From a virus: a stretch of DNA of 64,000 nucleotides. Of the stretch, positions 47,305-58,117 are shown piece after piece (position 1 is the stretch's first letter; every line of letters begins with the position of its first letter). Below the pieces are notes generated by a model. That model did no database searches, was not told the DNA's origin, and saw nothing but the letters and a program-made list of their open reading frames with translations. Location of the stretch: positions 64,001 to 128,000 of the IMG/VR virus record IMGVR_UViG_3300043449_000492; one strand, given 5' to 3'. The position numbers were made by a program, and so were the translations under genes.

Positions 47305-47886
47305 ATGCAATACACTTTTGTTGATGGTCCCCTCGGTGAAGATTACGAATCCCCTCCAGTTCATGTCTCAGAAGAAAATCTAAGAAAGTATGGAACAGGT
47401 AATGTGTTTGTTGAAACAGGCACGTATCTTGGCGAAACTGTAGATTTGGTTCTTAAGACAAAGCTATTCAAGACCATTCATACAATCGAACTAAATGATA
47501 CGCTTTATAATGACGCAGTTGCAAAGTATAAGAATGAAAAGATCGTCAAGCTATGGCATGGTGACTCTATTGATTCTCTCAAGGATATTGTATCAAAGCT
47601 AAAAGAGCCTGCAACATTCTGGCTAGATGCTCATGCGTCTGGAGAACTTGTTGGTGGTAAGTCTGGCGGTTCTCCTGTTCTCGATGAGCTAGACATTATT
47701 GCTTCTTCTCCAATCAAGACACATACAATCATTATTGACGATTGCCGCCTGTTTGGTTCTGCTGAATGGTCCTTTGTCAAGAAGGAAGATGCAATTGAAC
47801 GCATCATGAAGATCAATCCAGATTACAAGCTTCATTATCTTGATGGTCATATTCGCAATGACGTTCTGTGGGCAACAGTAAAGTGA
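47305..47886 (+). CDS. SAM-dependent methyltransferase-like protein
   Basis: FVETGTY.G, TIEL, GDS, FWLDAH, IIIDD.R. Confidence 0.7.
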   Translation: MQYTFVDGPLGEDYESPPVHVSEENLRKYGTGNVFVETGTYLGETVDLVLKTKLFKTIHTIELNDTLYNDAVAKYKNEKIVKLWHGDSIDSLKDIVSKLKEPATFWLDAHASGELVGGKSGGSPVLDELDIIASSPIKTHTIIIDDCRLFGSAEWSFVKKEDAIERIMKINPDYKLHYLDGHIRNDVLWATVK

Positions 47887-48614
47887 AGCTAACAATCGAA
47901 AGACCTGTTACGGTTATTACTCCTACGATTGGTAAGCCTGAACTAAAAAAGGCTATCGAATCAGTTAAGAATCAGACATACAAATGTAAACATCTTGTGA
48001 TTATTGATGGACTAGAACATGCTAGAAATGTTCCTGGTTCAGATGGTGATTATTTACAAGTTTGTTATACTCCCGAGAACACAGGAGCTAATGGTTACTA
48101 CGGTCATAGAATCTATGCGGCATATCCTCATCTTGTCAATTCGGACTATGTCCTTTTTCTTGATGAAGATAATTGGTATGAACCAAATCACGTTGAAACC
48201 CTAATCGAGACAATTGAACAGAAGAACCTAGACTTCTCATATTCGCTTCGTAAGATTTTTGATAAGAATGAAAACTATCTTATTGACGATAACTGTGAAA
48301 GTCTAGGCAAGTGGGAAATCTTTATGTCTCGTTCTTCACCTCATGGTAAGCAGTATCTAGTTGATACATCATCTTACTGCTTCAAGCGAGAGTTTATCCA
48401 ACAGGCTTGTCATCTATGGCATTCTGGCTGGGGTGGTGACCGTCGCTTCTTTCATATTGTGAAAGATCAAGCAAAGTATGATACAAATGGACTCTACTCT
48501 CTTTGCTATCGTCTCGACGGTAATCAAGGATCTGTCACTAAAGAGTTTTTTGAATCAGGTAATAAGACACAAGAGCAATACTTTGGAGGGAACTATCCGT
48601 GGAAAAAGACGTAA
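47883..48614 (+). CDS. GT2-family glycosyltransferase
   Basis: VTVITPT, AIESV.NQTY, DYVLFLDEDN. Confidence 0.85.
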   Translation: MKLTIERPVTVITPTIGKPELKKAIESVKNQTYKCKHLVIIDGLEHARNVPGSDGDYLQVCYTPENTGANGYYGHRIYAAYPHLVNSDYVLFLDEDNWYEPNHVETLIETIEQKNLDFSYSLRKIFDKNENYLIDDNCESLGKWEIFMSRSSPHGKQYLVDTSSYCFKREFIQQACHLWHSGWGGDRRFFHIVKDQAKYDTNGLYSLCYRLDGNQGSVTKEFFESGNKTQEQYFGGNYPWKKT

Positions 48615-49492
48615 TCATAGGTGGAGCATCAGGCTATACATGGGATCAACTCAAGTATTGGGTTAACTCGATTAAGAAGACAGACTTCAAAGGTGACATT
48701 GTTCTAGTCGTTACCAATATGAATAAAGAAACGATTGATAAGCTTACTGACGAAGGTGTAATGCTTTATGCATATGGTAAGCAAGACGAAAAGGGTAACA
48801 TCACTAATCAGTCTCAGAATGCCCCACATGTCGAGCGTTTCATTTTCATTTGGGACTTTCTAAGAAAGCATAAAGACACATATCGTTATGCAATCGTAAC
48901 AGATACCAGAGACGTTATCTTTCAGAAGAATCCAAGTGACTTCCTAAAGAAGAATCTTTCCGCTAATTCAATCGTTGCTTCCTCAGAAGGATTGGAATAT
49001 AAGGACGAGCCTTGGGGTAATAAGAATTTGTTTGACACATTCGGTCCATTAGTATATAATGAAATGTCTGGTGAGTTGATACACAATGTAGGAACGATTG
49101 CAGGATATAGTGAAGAGGTTCGTGATCTGCTTCTACAGCTATTCTATCAGTCAGTGAATCGTCCTATTCCAATTGTTGATCAGGCAGTATATAACTTTCT
49201 AATCAATCTTTATCCTCTAAGAGGCGAAGTTCTTAGAACTACTAATAAAGAAGATTGGGCAGTTCAGCTAGGAACAACCGAAGCTGCAATCAAAGCTGGA
49301 GCTGGTGATATTGGTCAGATTATTAAAACCAATCCAGAAATGATCGAAGGATATCGTAAAGCATATCAAGACATTCAGCCAGTGATTGAAAATAATCATC
49401 TTGTAACAAACGGCAAGAATACATATCACATTGTCCATCAGTGGGATCGTGTTCCTGAGATTAAGAAAATTGTGGAGCGTCTATATGGCTGA
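48599..49492 (+). CDS. Putative GT-A glycosyltransferase
   Basis: TDTRDVIFQ.NP, NVGTIAG, DQAVYN, IVHQWDR. Confidence 0.65.
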   Translation: MEKDVIIGGASGYTWDQLKYWVNSIKKTDFKGDIVLVVTNMNKETIDKLTDEGVMLYAYGKQDEKGNITNQSQNAPHVERFIFIWDFLRKHKDTYRYAIVTDTRDVIFQKNPSDFLKKNLSANSIVASSEGLEYKDEPWGNKNLFDTFGPLVYNEMSGELIHNVGTIAGYSEEVRDLLLQLFYQSVNRPIPIVDQAVYNFLINLYPLRGEVLRTTNKEDWAVQLGTTEAAIKAGAGDIGQIIKTNPEMIEGYRKAYQDIQPVIENNHLVTNGKNTYHIVHQWDRVPEIKKIVERLYG

Positions 49493-50183
49493 TGGTATCT
49501 TTTTCATTAACAATGCTCTAAGAGCTAATAAACGCTTATCAGTCTTTAATGATGAAGAACGATATGAGCAGACTTTAGAAACATTAAAGTCTATTGATAA
49601 ATATTGCCCTGATAATGTTAAGATTATCTTTGACATGTCACCTGAGCCTGTTAATGAAGAATACCTAAAGGTTATTGGAAATTGGAACAACACCTGGTTT
49701 CTTGATATGGGTCAGCATGAATATGTTAAGATGTATTCCTTGCATGGTCTTCGTTCACTAGCAGAGACATATGCATTCATGGGTGTGCTTGATTGGTTTA
49801 CTAACTCATCTATCGGTGTCAAGGCTAAGCGTATCTACAAGCTATCAGGTCGTTATCAATTGACTGATAACTTTGTTCTAGATGCGCCTGAATATAAAGA
49901 TGCTTTTGTGTTTGCAGAAGCATTAGAGTCTTGGATGGATGATAATGTTAAGAAGACCTTAGAACTTGATCGACTTTATCGTCTTCGGCTTTGGCACATG
50001 GACTATAACTTGCTTGATACATTTCGTGAGGAACTACCCTATATATTTGCAGAATGTTCAAACAATAACATTGATATTGAACATGCTTATTACAAGTATC
50101 TTCATGACTATAAGGTTGTAGAAGTTCCTAAGATAGGCGTGACTGGACATATTGCACCAAGTGGAGAATTTATTGATGAGTGA
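49485..50183 (+). CDS. Glycan-cluster hypothetical protein
   Basis: R..QT..TL.SI, RIYKLSGRY.L motif; operon context. Confidence 0.55.
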   Translation: MADGIFFINNALRANKRLSVFNDEERYEQTLETLKSIDKYCPDNVKIIFDMSPEPVNEEYLKVIGNWNNTWFLDMGQHEYVKMYSLHGLRSLAETYAFMGVLDWFTNSSIGVKAKRIYKLSGRYQLTDNFVLDAPEYKDAFVFAEALESWMDDNVKKTLELDRLYRLRLWHMDYNLLDTFREELPYIFAECSNNNIDIEHAYYKYLHDYKVVEVPKIGVTGHIAPSGEFIDE

Positions 50184-51378
50184 TTGCCAACCAATTAAGA
50201 ATTGTATTGCATGTGGTAGTGATATGTTATCTGAGGTACTTGATCTTGATACCCAGCCGCTCGCAAATGATTACAAGAACACAAAGGATGAAGTGCAGCA
50301 GGAGTTTCCCCTTGCTATTAATCGCTGCACAGTATGTGATCATGTCCAACTAACACATCAAGTCAATCCAGAATTGATGTTCAAGAATTATGCTTATGTG
50401 TCTGGAGTTTCGCAAACTCTTAAAGATTGGTTCACGTGGCTTATATCTTATACTAATCAGACCTTTGATGGAACAATCAATAACACACTAGACATTGGTT
50501 GCAACGACGGATCCATGCTTGATGCATGGAGTAACAATGTTGAAACATACGGTGTCGATCCTGCAGAGAATCTTCATTCTATTTCAACTGGTAAAGGTCA
50601 CAAGGTTCATTGTGGATTCTTTTCAGGTAAAGAGTTTGAAGGAAAGACCTTTGATGTTATCACTTGTCTAAATGCATTTGCACATAATGCCAATCAGTTA
50701 GAGCTACTTAAGAACGTCAAGGAAGTTATGCATGATAACTCAGTTTTAATTTGCTCAACATCACAAGCAGACATGATTCGTAATGGAGAGTTTGATACAA
50801 TCTACCATGAGCATGTTTCTTTCTATAACATTCTATCTGCGAAGAGAATTAGTGAAAGAGCTGGTCTAAATCTAATTGATGTTGTTAAGCATCCTATTCA
50901 TGGTAATAGTTTTATCTTTTTCATGTCCAAGAATAAAAAGAATCAACATTATATTGACGCTATGTTAGAGATTGAACAGCTAACAGGTTTGCATGATGAT
51001 AAAGTCTATAAGGAGTTTGCTGAGAAAGCTTATAACACAGCTAACACGTTTGGCATCACCATTCGTTCTTTTCGAGGACAATATCCAATCATAGGTTATT
51101 CTGCACCCGCAAAGGGTATGACCCTTATGAACTTTGCTAAAGAAGGTCCAGATGTTATCTTTGAAGATACTATTCAGAAGCAGGGCAAGTTTACTCCTGG
51201 TCTAGGTATTCCAATCATTGCTCCAGACTACAAAGCTTATGAAAATGAAGAAAGAGTTGTTTGGGTTGTTCTAGCTTGGAATGTGTATGATGAGATTGTG
51301 GCTAAGATCAAATCTAATCGACCTGGCAAAAATGATATCTTTGTAAGATACTATCCAACATTTGAGGTGATTACATGA
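50176..51378 (+). CDS. NDP-sugar C-methyltransferase
   Basis: Zn site CIAC...C..C.HVQL, QPLAN, DIGCNDG, FDTIYHEH, HG.S, APAKG, LAWN. Confidence 0.88.
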   Translation: MSDCQPIKNCIACGSDMLSEVLDLDTQPLANDYKNTKDEVQQEFPLAINRCTVCDHVQLTHQVNPELMFKNYAYVSGVSQTLKDWFTWLISYTNQTFDGTINNTLDIGCNDGSMLDAWSNNVETYGVDPAENLHSISTGKGHKVHCGFFSGKEFEGKTFDVITCLNAFAHNANQLELLKNVKEVMHDNSVLICSTSQADMIRNGEFDTIYHEHVSFYNILSAKRISERAGLNLIDVVKHPIHGNSFIFFMSKNKKNQHYIDAMLEIEQLTGLHDDKVYKEFAEKAYNTANTFGITIRSFRGQYPIIGYSAPAKGMTLMNFAKEGPDVIFEDTIQKQGKFTPGLGIPIIAPDYKAYENEERVVWVVLAWNVYDEIVAKIKSNRPGKNDIFVRYYPTFEVIT

Positions 51379-52244
51379 AGCCAGTTTTGAAAGTAGGATT
51401 TGTTGATTACTTCAATCCAGTCGATGAGTTTTTCACAGACATTCTTTCAGAAGATTTTGAGGTAGTTAGGGATGATAATAATCCCGACTATCTTTTTTTC
51501 TGTGACGAGACGTTTGGTGAGCGTAATAAGTTGTATGATCCTAATAAGGTGAAAAAGATTTTCTACACCGGAGAGAATCGTCGTCCCTGGGGATATTCAG
51601 CACATCATGCCGTTTCATTTGATCACTTAGATAGTCCACAGTTTTATCGGCTTCCATTATATGCACTAGAGAACTGGGTCAATCAAAAGAAGCTTGGTTG
51701 GAAGAACGTCAAAGACTTTAAGAGAACTATGAAAGCTGACGACAAGGAAGGCTTCTGTTCTTTTGTTGTTCGTAATGGAGGTTGTAATGAGCGTAATGAA
51801 ATTTTTAACATACTCAATTCTTACAAGACGGTTGACTCTGGTGGACCTCTATTCAATAACGTCGGCGGTCCGATCGATCAAGATGGCTTCAACTCTCATG
51901 TAACGAAGACCGACTTTATTAAGAAGCGCAAGTTCCACATTGCATATGAGAATAGCATGTGGCCGGGATATGTAACGGAAAAGATTCTTCATGGCTTTCT
52001 AGGTGAGTCTATTCCAATCTACTGGGGTTCTCCTTGCGTAGAAATGGATTTTAATCCTGACGCTTTCATTAGTCGTCATAAGTTTAAATCAACTGCAGAG
52101 ATGGTCGAATTTATTCAGCTTGTGGACACACACGATTCGTTGTATAATGAAATCATGGCTCAACCTCTATTTAACAAGAACAATCGATTCCTAGACTTTA
52201 GGAACTTTAGATATTGGTTCAAGGAGAATGTATATAAGCCATGA
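51375..52244 (+). CDS. GT10 alpha-1,3-fucosyltransferase-like protein
   Basis: KIFYTGEN, RLPLY, FCSFVV.N, F.IAYENS..PGYVTEKI, IPIYWG. Confidence 0.88.
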   Translation: MKPVLKVGFVDYFNPVDEFFTDILSEDFEVVRDDNNPDYLFFCDETFGERNKLYDPNKVKKIFYTGENRRPWGYSAHHAVSFDHLDSPQFYRLPLYALENWVNQKKLGWKNVKDFKRTMKADDKEGFCSFVVRNGGCNERNEIFNILNSYKTVDSGGPLFNNVGGPIDQDGFNSHVTKTDFIKKRKFHIAYENSMWPGYVTEKILHGFLGESIPIYWGSPCVEMDFNPDAFISRHKFKSTAEMVEFIQLVDTHDSLYNEIMAQPLFNKNNRFLDFRNFRYWFKENVYKP

Positions 52245-53038
52245 AGAAGATCGGTTATTATCATGTGTTTCTAACAGAAAACGAATCCACTTGGCTTAGT
52301 ATGCTCATGGAGCAATACAAGGTCATGGAAGATTCTGGCTTGTTTGAAGCATTAGATGAGTTTCATCTTGTCTGTGTAGGAAGAACAGATGAGCAGTTTG
52401 ATAAGGCATTATACTTTACAGGTCTTTACTATCCATCTGTAATGCAGATTCGTGTAATAAATCCTGTTGAAGATAGTAACCTTATTGAATCAATTAAAAC
52501 TCAGCCAAATGTTCTTATGACCGAAAATATTACCATGCGCCTAATATACGATAGAGTAAAGTCTACTAATGAAGAAGAATACATTCTTTATTTTCATACT
52601 AAAGGCATTACATCTACTCTAAGACATTTTCAAAATAGCTACGAGGAGATTAATCTTTTCAGGACTTATCAATACTGGAGACATTATCTCAACTATGGTG
52701 TTTTAGAGAAGTGGGAAGAATGTGTTAGAGCATTAACATTCGGTTATGATATTGCAGGTATCAATCATCAGTTATATCCTCATTCACATTATAGTGGAAA
52801 CTTCTGGTGGGCAAAGTCAAGTCATCTTGCATCGTTGCCTGATCCGGGAACATATGATTGGTGGGAAGAAGTCAAGGCTAATGCACATGATCCTTGGTTG
52901 AAGCAAGCTGACAATCGTTATGCTGATGAGCAATGGCCATGCTCTAAGAAAGATGGAAGATACTATAACGTAGAAAAGGGTATTCCAAATCCTGCTAATG
53001 TTTACACACCAAGAAAGGTATATGTAACATGCGATTAG
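52241..53038 (+). CDS. Putative glycosyltransferase-like protein
   Basis: ILYFHTKG, HYSGNFWWAK; cluster context. Confidence 0.5.
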   Translation: MKKIGYYHVFLTENESTWLSMLMEQYKVMEDSGLFEALDEFHLVCVGRTDEQFDKALYFTGLYYPSVMQIRVINPVEDSNLIESIKTQPNVLMTENITMRLIYDRVKSTNEEEYILYFHTKGITSTLRHFQNSYEEINLFRTYQYWRHYLNYGVLEKWEECVRALTFGYDIAGINHQLYPHSHYSGNFWWAKSSHLASLPDPGTYDWWEEVKANAHDPWLKQADNRYADEQWPCSKKDGRYYNVEKGIPNPANVYTPRKVYVTCD

Positions 53039-53730
53039 CAATTGCTTTCTTTGGAATTCTCTATGGTAAGGGTGGTAAGACTGGTTGCGATAGAGACTTT
53101 AGACATTGTTGGCCTAACATTGAGCGTATGGTTGTGCAACCGTATCGAGACGCTGGTCATGATGTAAAGTTATTCTTCTCTAGCTATCCTTTTGAAGACA
53201 AAGCTATCGAACAAGAGTTTTACGATATGGTAAAGCCTGACAAGATTGTATTTTCGCAGCTTGCAGGTTCCGATGCATTCACTTCTAAGACTGCATTATT
53301 TCAGACATTCATGAATGACTCCAGTGTAGATACCATCATATATACTAGAGCGGATATGCACTGGAACAAAAAGTTCATAGACACTAATATTAATTATGAT
53401 AGGTTTAACTTTCTATTCAAAGAAAGAGACTGGTGGCAATCACACATGTATGCCTGTGATAACCTCTACATCTTTCCACAACATATGTCAGAAGCAACTC
53501 TTAGAGCAATGTTGGACGATCACGCTTCTCCTGCTAAGTCGATCCATAAGCATGAGTTACCTAGATTTCTTATGAGATATATCAATCCTGATCAGATAAA
53601 CTTTATGTCTAAAGAACATCAATATAGTGATATGAATAACTTTTACACACTTTGTCGAAACGAACTAAGACCAGAGTGTAGAGGTGAGTTTATGCATCCT
53701 GACGTAGCAGAAAGGTTTGGTTACGAATGA
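53029..53730 (+). CDS. Putative glycosyltransferase-like protein
   Basis: MRLAIAFFG, D.IIYTRAD, CD.LY; similar layout to 54362..55048. Confidence 0.5.
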   Translation: MRLAIAFFGILYGKGGKTGCDRDFRHCWPNIERMVVQPYRDAGHDVKLFFSSYPFEDKAIEQEFYDMVKPDKIVFSQLAGSDAFTSKTALFQTFMNDSSVDTIIYTRADMHWNKKFIDTNINYDRFNFLFKERDWWQSHMYACDNLYIFPQHMSEATLRAMLDDHASPAKSIHKHELPRFLMRYINPDQINFMSKEHQYSDMNNFYTLCRNELRPECRGEFMHPDVAERFGYE

Positions 53731-54359
53731 ATATTATATTTGAAGTAGGTGCAAATCAAGGACAAGATACAGAACAGTTTCTAGCTGATCCTAATAATGA
53801 AGTTTATAGTTTTGAACCTGTACCGGATTTGGCACATTTTCTTTGGCAGAGATTTGGTGACAATCCTAGATTTCATCTTTCGACATGTGCTATTGATATG
53901 GATAATGGATGGAAGCCATTTAACATTTCAAAGAATGGTGATTGGGGCTGTTCAAGTCTTCATAGCTTTGCCAAGAACATTAACGAGACATGGCCAGGCC
54001 GTGATGACTTTGCCTTTCAGCAGACTATTCAGAATGTAATGTGTATGCGTCTTGACACATTCATGGACATTTATAATATTGACCATATTGACTATATTCA
54101 CATTGATGCACAGGGTAATGACTTTAGAGTTATTCAGTCTCTTGGTACCAAGATTGATTCAGTTAAAGCTGGTGTTGTTGAGGTTGCTAATAAGGTTGAG
54201 CTATATGATGTTCCTGATAATCATATTACAACTGTGCTTCCTTGGCTGGAACATCGTGGCTTCTCTGTTAGAGCGGAGTTTGATGGTGTAGGAAAGCCTT
54301 ATGTTGGTGCATGTGCTATCAATGGAAATGAGGTCAATCTATTCTTTCATAGGCCATAA
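53727..54359 (+). CDS. FkbM-family methyltransferase
   Basis: EVGAN.G, FEP, SSL, RLD.F...IDYIHIDAQG.D. Confidence 0.85.
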   Translation: MNIIFEVGANQGQDTEQFLADPNNEVYSFEPVPDLAHFLWQRFGDNPRFHLSTCAIDMDNGWKPFNISKNGDWGCSSLHSFAKNINETWPGRDDFAFQQTIQNVMCMRLDTFMDIYNIDHIDYIHIDAQGNDFRVIQSLGTKIDSVKAGVVEVANKVELYDVPDNHITTVLPWLEHRGFSVRAEFDGVGKPYVGACAINGNEVNLFFHRP

Positions 54360-54361
54360 TA

Positions 54362-55048
54362 ATGAAGATTGCATTATGTTTAAGTGGTCGTCCAAGATCA
54401 TATCGAAAAGGTTTTGAATATCATAAGCGTAATCTATTAGATAAACATGATGTGGAAGTTTTTGTTCACACATGGCAAGATATAGAAGATGATGCTTTTC
54501 AGTTTCTTGATTATGAATATGATCCTGTTTCAATAACAACGTCCCCCACATTTTCAGATGATGCTTTTATAAACTATCCTGTCGAGCATCCTGACTGGCC
54601 GCCGAAGAATGCCATTCATATGATGTATGGGGTATTCAAGGCAAATGAACTAAAGAGAGAACGTGAATTAGTAAATGGCTTCCGTTATGATATTGTCATC
54701 CGTTCTCGTTTTGATTTCGCATTGAATCGAGAAATTGATTTTGAGGTAGAGCCTGGGAAAGTATATGTTCCAAATGATTATATCAAAGGTCGTATTGCTC
54801 CTAACGGAATCATTTGTAATGACCAGTTTGCTGTTGGTGATAGTCCGACAATGGATCTATACTCTAACACATTCTGGAACATTGATAGAGCAGTAGCTTT
54901 AGGTGCACCTGTGATTGGTGAAGACTTGCTTTCTGTCAATCTACAAATCGCTGGCATCATCAATGAGAAGATGGTCTATATAGATATGAACCACCCATTC
55001 CCACCGGGTAAGTATAACAATACTCCACATTCGTTATTGAGAGATTAA
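54362..55048 (+). CDS. Putative glycosyltransferase-like protein
   Basis: MKIALCLSG.PR, VFVHTW, YDIVIRSRFD, NDQFA.G. Confidence 0.6.
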   Translation: MKIALCLSGRPRSYRKGFEYHKRNLLDKHDVEVFVHTWQDIEDDAFQFLDYEYDPVSITTSPTFSDDAFINYPVEHPDWPPKNAIHMMYGVFKANELKRERELVNGFRYDIVIRSRFDFALNREIDFEVEPGKVYVPNDYIKGRIAPNGIICNDQFAVGDSPTMDLYSNTFWNIDRAVALGAPVIGEDLLSVNLQIAGIINEKMVYIDMNHPFPPGKYNNTPHSLLRD

Positions 55049-55050
55049 TC

Positions 55051-56433
55051 ATGAGCTACAACAAACTTGTAATCTTTGACCTTGATGGTGTTCTCCTAGA
55101 TTCCCGTGATCTACATTTCCATGCATTAAATGCCGCTCTAATGGAGCAGGACACGCATTATGTGATTACAAGAGAAGAACACTTATCGACCTATGATGGT
55201 CTTCCTACCAAAGTGAAGATGAAGTTCCTAACCGAGAAGAAAGGTCTTCCTCCTACTCTTTATGATCAAGTATGGAAAGATAAGCAGGATGCTACAATTA
55301 AACTCTTGACACAATTGCAAGTTGATGATAAACTGGTACATATATTCAAGAGTCTTAAGGAACATGGCTTCCAGATTGCAGTTGCATCTAACTCTATTCG
55401 TAATACGGTAAAGATTACTTTGCTTCGCCTAGGCATTATGGATTACGTTGACTATTACCAAACCAACGAAGATGTGAAACGCTCTAAGCCATATCCTGAA
55501 ATGTATTGGAATTGTATGATGGCTTGTAATGCCATTCCTGATACAACAGTGATCGTTGAAGATAGTCATATTGGTAGACAAGGCGCAATTGACTCTGGAG
55601 CTAAGTTGCTTCCTGTAGAAGATGCACATGATCTAACGTGGGAAAAGGTTGAAAAAGTGGTTCATGAATTAAAAGATACAAATGTAAAGAAGATTCCGTG
55701 GCGTGATAGTAAACTCAACGTCCTGATTCCTATGGCGGGAGCAGGCTCTCGCTTTGCTACGATGGGTTATACATTTCCCAAGCCTCTTATTGAAGTTCGT
55801 GGTAAGCCAATGATTCAGGTCGTTGTTGAGAACTTGAACATTGAAGCCAACTATCATTTCATTGTTCAGAAAGAACATTACGAGAAATATAATCTAAAGT
55901 ATTTACTTAACCTTATTGCACCTGGCTGCAATATCATTCAAGTTGATGGAATGACAGAAGGTGCTGCTTGCACAACGCTCCTTGCTAAGGAGTTTATCAA
56001 TAACGGTTGCTCGTTATTGATTGCTAATTCAGATCAATTTATTGAGTGGAATTCTAATGAGATTATGTATGCTTTTAATAATGATGAGATTGATGCAGGT
56101 ATGCTCACATTTAAGGCTACGCACCCTAAATGGTCATATGCGAAAATTGGTAAGAATGGTTTTGTTGAAGAAGTTGCGGAGAAGAAAGTCATATCAGATA
56201 GCGCAACTGTTGGTGTTTATTTCTGGAAACATGGATCTGATTATGTCAAGTATGCGGAGCAGATGATCGCCAAGGACGTTCGTGTCAATAACGAGTTTTA
56301 TGTCTGTCCGGTATTCAATGAAGCAATTGCGGACAAGAAAAAGATTCGTGTAAAACAGATTCCAAGAATGTGGGGTATTGGCACACCAGAAGATTTGAAC
56401 TCTTTTCTAGATACATACAAAGGTGAACTATGA
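55051..56433 (+). CDS. HAD phosphatase / sugar-nucleotidyltransferase-like fusion
   Basis: N-terminal FDLDGVL, KP.PE, EDS..G; C-terminal IPMAGAGSRF...PKPLI, GAACT, EKK, GTPEDL. Confidence 0.88.
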   Translation: MSYNKLVIFDLDGVLLDSRDLHFHALNAALMEQDTHYVITREEHLSTYDGLPTKVKMKFLTEKKGLPPTLYDQVWKDKQDATIKLLTQLQVDDKLVHIFKSLKEHGFQIAVASNSIRNTVKITLLRLGIMDYVDYYQTNEDVKRSKPYPEMYWNCMMACNAIPDTTVIVEDSHIGRQGAIDSGAKLLPVEDAHDLTWEKVEKVVHELKDTNVKKIPWRDSKLNVLIPMAGAGSRFATMGYTFPKPLIEVRGKPMIQVVVENLNIEANYHFIVQKEHYEKYNLKYLLNLIAPGCNIIQVDGMTEGAACTTLLAKEFINNGCSLLIANSDQFIEWNSNEIMYAFNNDEIDAGMLTFKATHPKWSYAKIGKNGFVEEVAEKKVISDSATVGVYFWKHGSDYVKYAEQMIAKDVRVNNEFYVCPVFNEAIADKKKIRVKQIPRMWGIGTPEDLNSFLDTYKGEL

Positions 56434-56891
56434 GATTAATCTCCCATCGTGGAAATCTAACCGGTCCAAACTTTACTGATGAGAATAAGCCTTGGTATAT
56501 TGAAGAAGCTGTTAAAGCAGGATTTAATGTAGAGGTTGACATTTGGTATGTTAAAGGTAAGTGGTTCACTGGTCATGACGAGCCACTTCATGAAGTAACG
56601 ATTGAATGGTTATCTAATAAGAACTTTTGGCTACATTGTAAGAATGTAGAAGCATTTGAACAGATGACTTACATTTCACCACAGCTTCATTACTTTTGGC
56701 ATGGCATTGATTGTTATACTCTAACAAGTGCTAATATACCTTGGGTCTATCCAGGGAAGCAGACATTCAAGACTGCGATATGTGTATTGCCCGAGCATGG
56801 TGAAGGACTTGATAAGATTAGGAATCTAGATGTGTATGGTTTCTGTTCCGATTATATTGAAAAGATTGCGGAGATTGTGAAATGCAAGTAA
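56430..56891 (+). CDS. PLC-like/GDPD-fold phosphodiesterase
   Basis: ISHRGN, EN, VEVD.W, GHD, W.HCKN, G.CSDY. Confidence 0.75.
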   Translation: MRLISHRGNLTGPNFTDENKPWYIEEAVKAGFNVEVDIWYVKGKWFTGHDEPLHEVTIEWLSNKNFWLHCKNVEAFEQMTYISPQLHYFWHGIDCYTLTSANIPWVYPGKQTFKTAICVLPEHGEGLDKIRNLDVYGFCSDYIEKIAEIVKCK

Positions 56892-58117
56892 CTGTAATTG
56901 GCGCCGGCGGCCACGTTGGACTACCTTTTTCTCTTGTCGTTGCTGCAGCTGGGCATAATGTCTATGGTGTTGATATCAATGAAAAGGTTGTAGAAACACT
57001 AAATAAAGGTATCGTACCTTATATCGAACACGGTGCGGAAGAACTGTTGGCTAAGCATCTTAAGCAAGGCAACATTGCTTTTACTACACAATTTTTTTCT
57101 ATTAAGGTCTCAGATGTTATCGCTGTGATGCTAGGGACACCAGTAGATGCAGAGAATAATCCTCGTCTTGATGACTTATTTAATTTCATTGATAATGCTC
57201 TTTTGCCTCGTATTCAGCGAGGGCAGCTTATCATCCTTCGTTCAACTATTTCGCCAGGTACTACAGAAGTAGTCAAAGAACGAATTGAAGAAGCTACGGG
57301 TTGGATTGAAGGCAAAGACTTTTATCTAGTCTTTTGTCCAGAACGAGTGCTGCAAACAAAGGGTATTGAAGAAACCTCAAAGTTGCCTGCACTCGTTGGA
57401 GCGTTCTCTGATGAGAGTTATAAGAAGGCTGCAGAGTTTCTAGCTACGTTTATTGATAATAGTTTGTTTCAGCTTACACCAAGAGAAGCCGAAATTGCAA
57501 AGTTAATGACAAACATGTGGCGTTATGTCTCGTTTGCTTTTGCTAATGAAATGTATATGATCGGAGACAAGCATGGCGTTGATATTCATGAAGTCATTAA
57601 AGCCTCAAACTACGGCTATGAGAGAATGGCTGTTCCAATGCCGGGACCAAATGTCGGTGGTCCTTGTCTCTTTAAAGATGGTAGGTTTCTTCTTGATAGT
57701 GTACCTTTTGCTGACCTTATTCAGGTTAGCTTTCTTGTTAATGAGGGGATGCCTGACTATATCTACCACTCTATCACGAAACTTACTCCGAAACTAAAGA
57801 ACGTATTGATTCTTGGTGCTACGTTTAAGGCAAACTGTGATGACACAAGAAACAGTCTATCATTCAAGATGAAGAAAGTTTTGAAGAAGCATGGTGTAGA
57901 GGTAGACATGCTTGATCCTTTTATCAAGAATCTACAACCATCCGATAGCACTTTTGAGACTTATGATGCAGTAATTGTTATGACTCCTCATGACATGTTT
58001 AAAGATTATTATGGTCCACACATGTTTAGAAAAGATTGCATCGTTGCAGATGTTTGGAAGATGTGGGACAAGAGTAAAGAAACAAAGAATGGAATTTATA
58101 GAGCAGGAGGCTTTTGA
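56882..58117 (+). CDS. UDP-glucose/GDP-mannose dehydrogenase-family nucleotide-sugar dehydrogenase
   Basis: GAGGHVGLP, LRST..PGTT, CPER, AE.AKL..N..R, FANE, GGPCL.KD, FK.N.DD.RNS. Confidence 0.92.
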   Translation: MQVTVIGAGGHVGLPFSLVVAAAGHNVYGVDINEKVVETLNKGIVPYIEHGAEELLAKHLKQGNIAFTTQFFSIKVSDVIAVMLGTPVDAENNPRLDDLFNFIDNALLPRIQRGQLIILRSTISPGTTEVVKERIEEATGWIEGKDFYLVFCPERVLQTKGIEETSKLPALVGAFSDESYKKAAEFLATFIDNSLFQLTPREAEIAKLMTNMWRYVSFAFANEMYMIGDKHGVDIHEVIKASNYGYERMAVPMPGPNVGGPCLFKDGRFLLDSVPFADLIQVSFLVNEGMPDYIYHSITKLTPKLKNVLILGATFKANCDDTRNSLSFKMKKVLKKHGVEVDMLDPFIKNLQPSDSTFETYDAVIVMTPHDMFKDYYGPHMFRKDCIVADVWKMWDKSKETKNGIYRAGGF

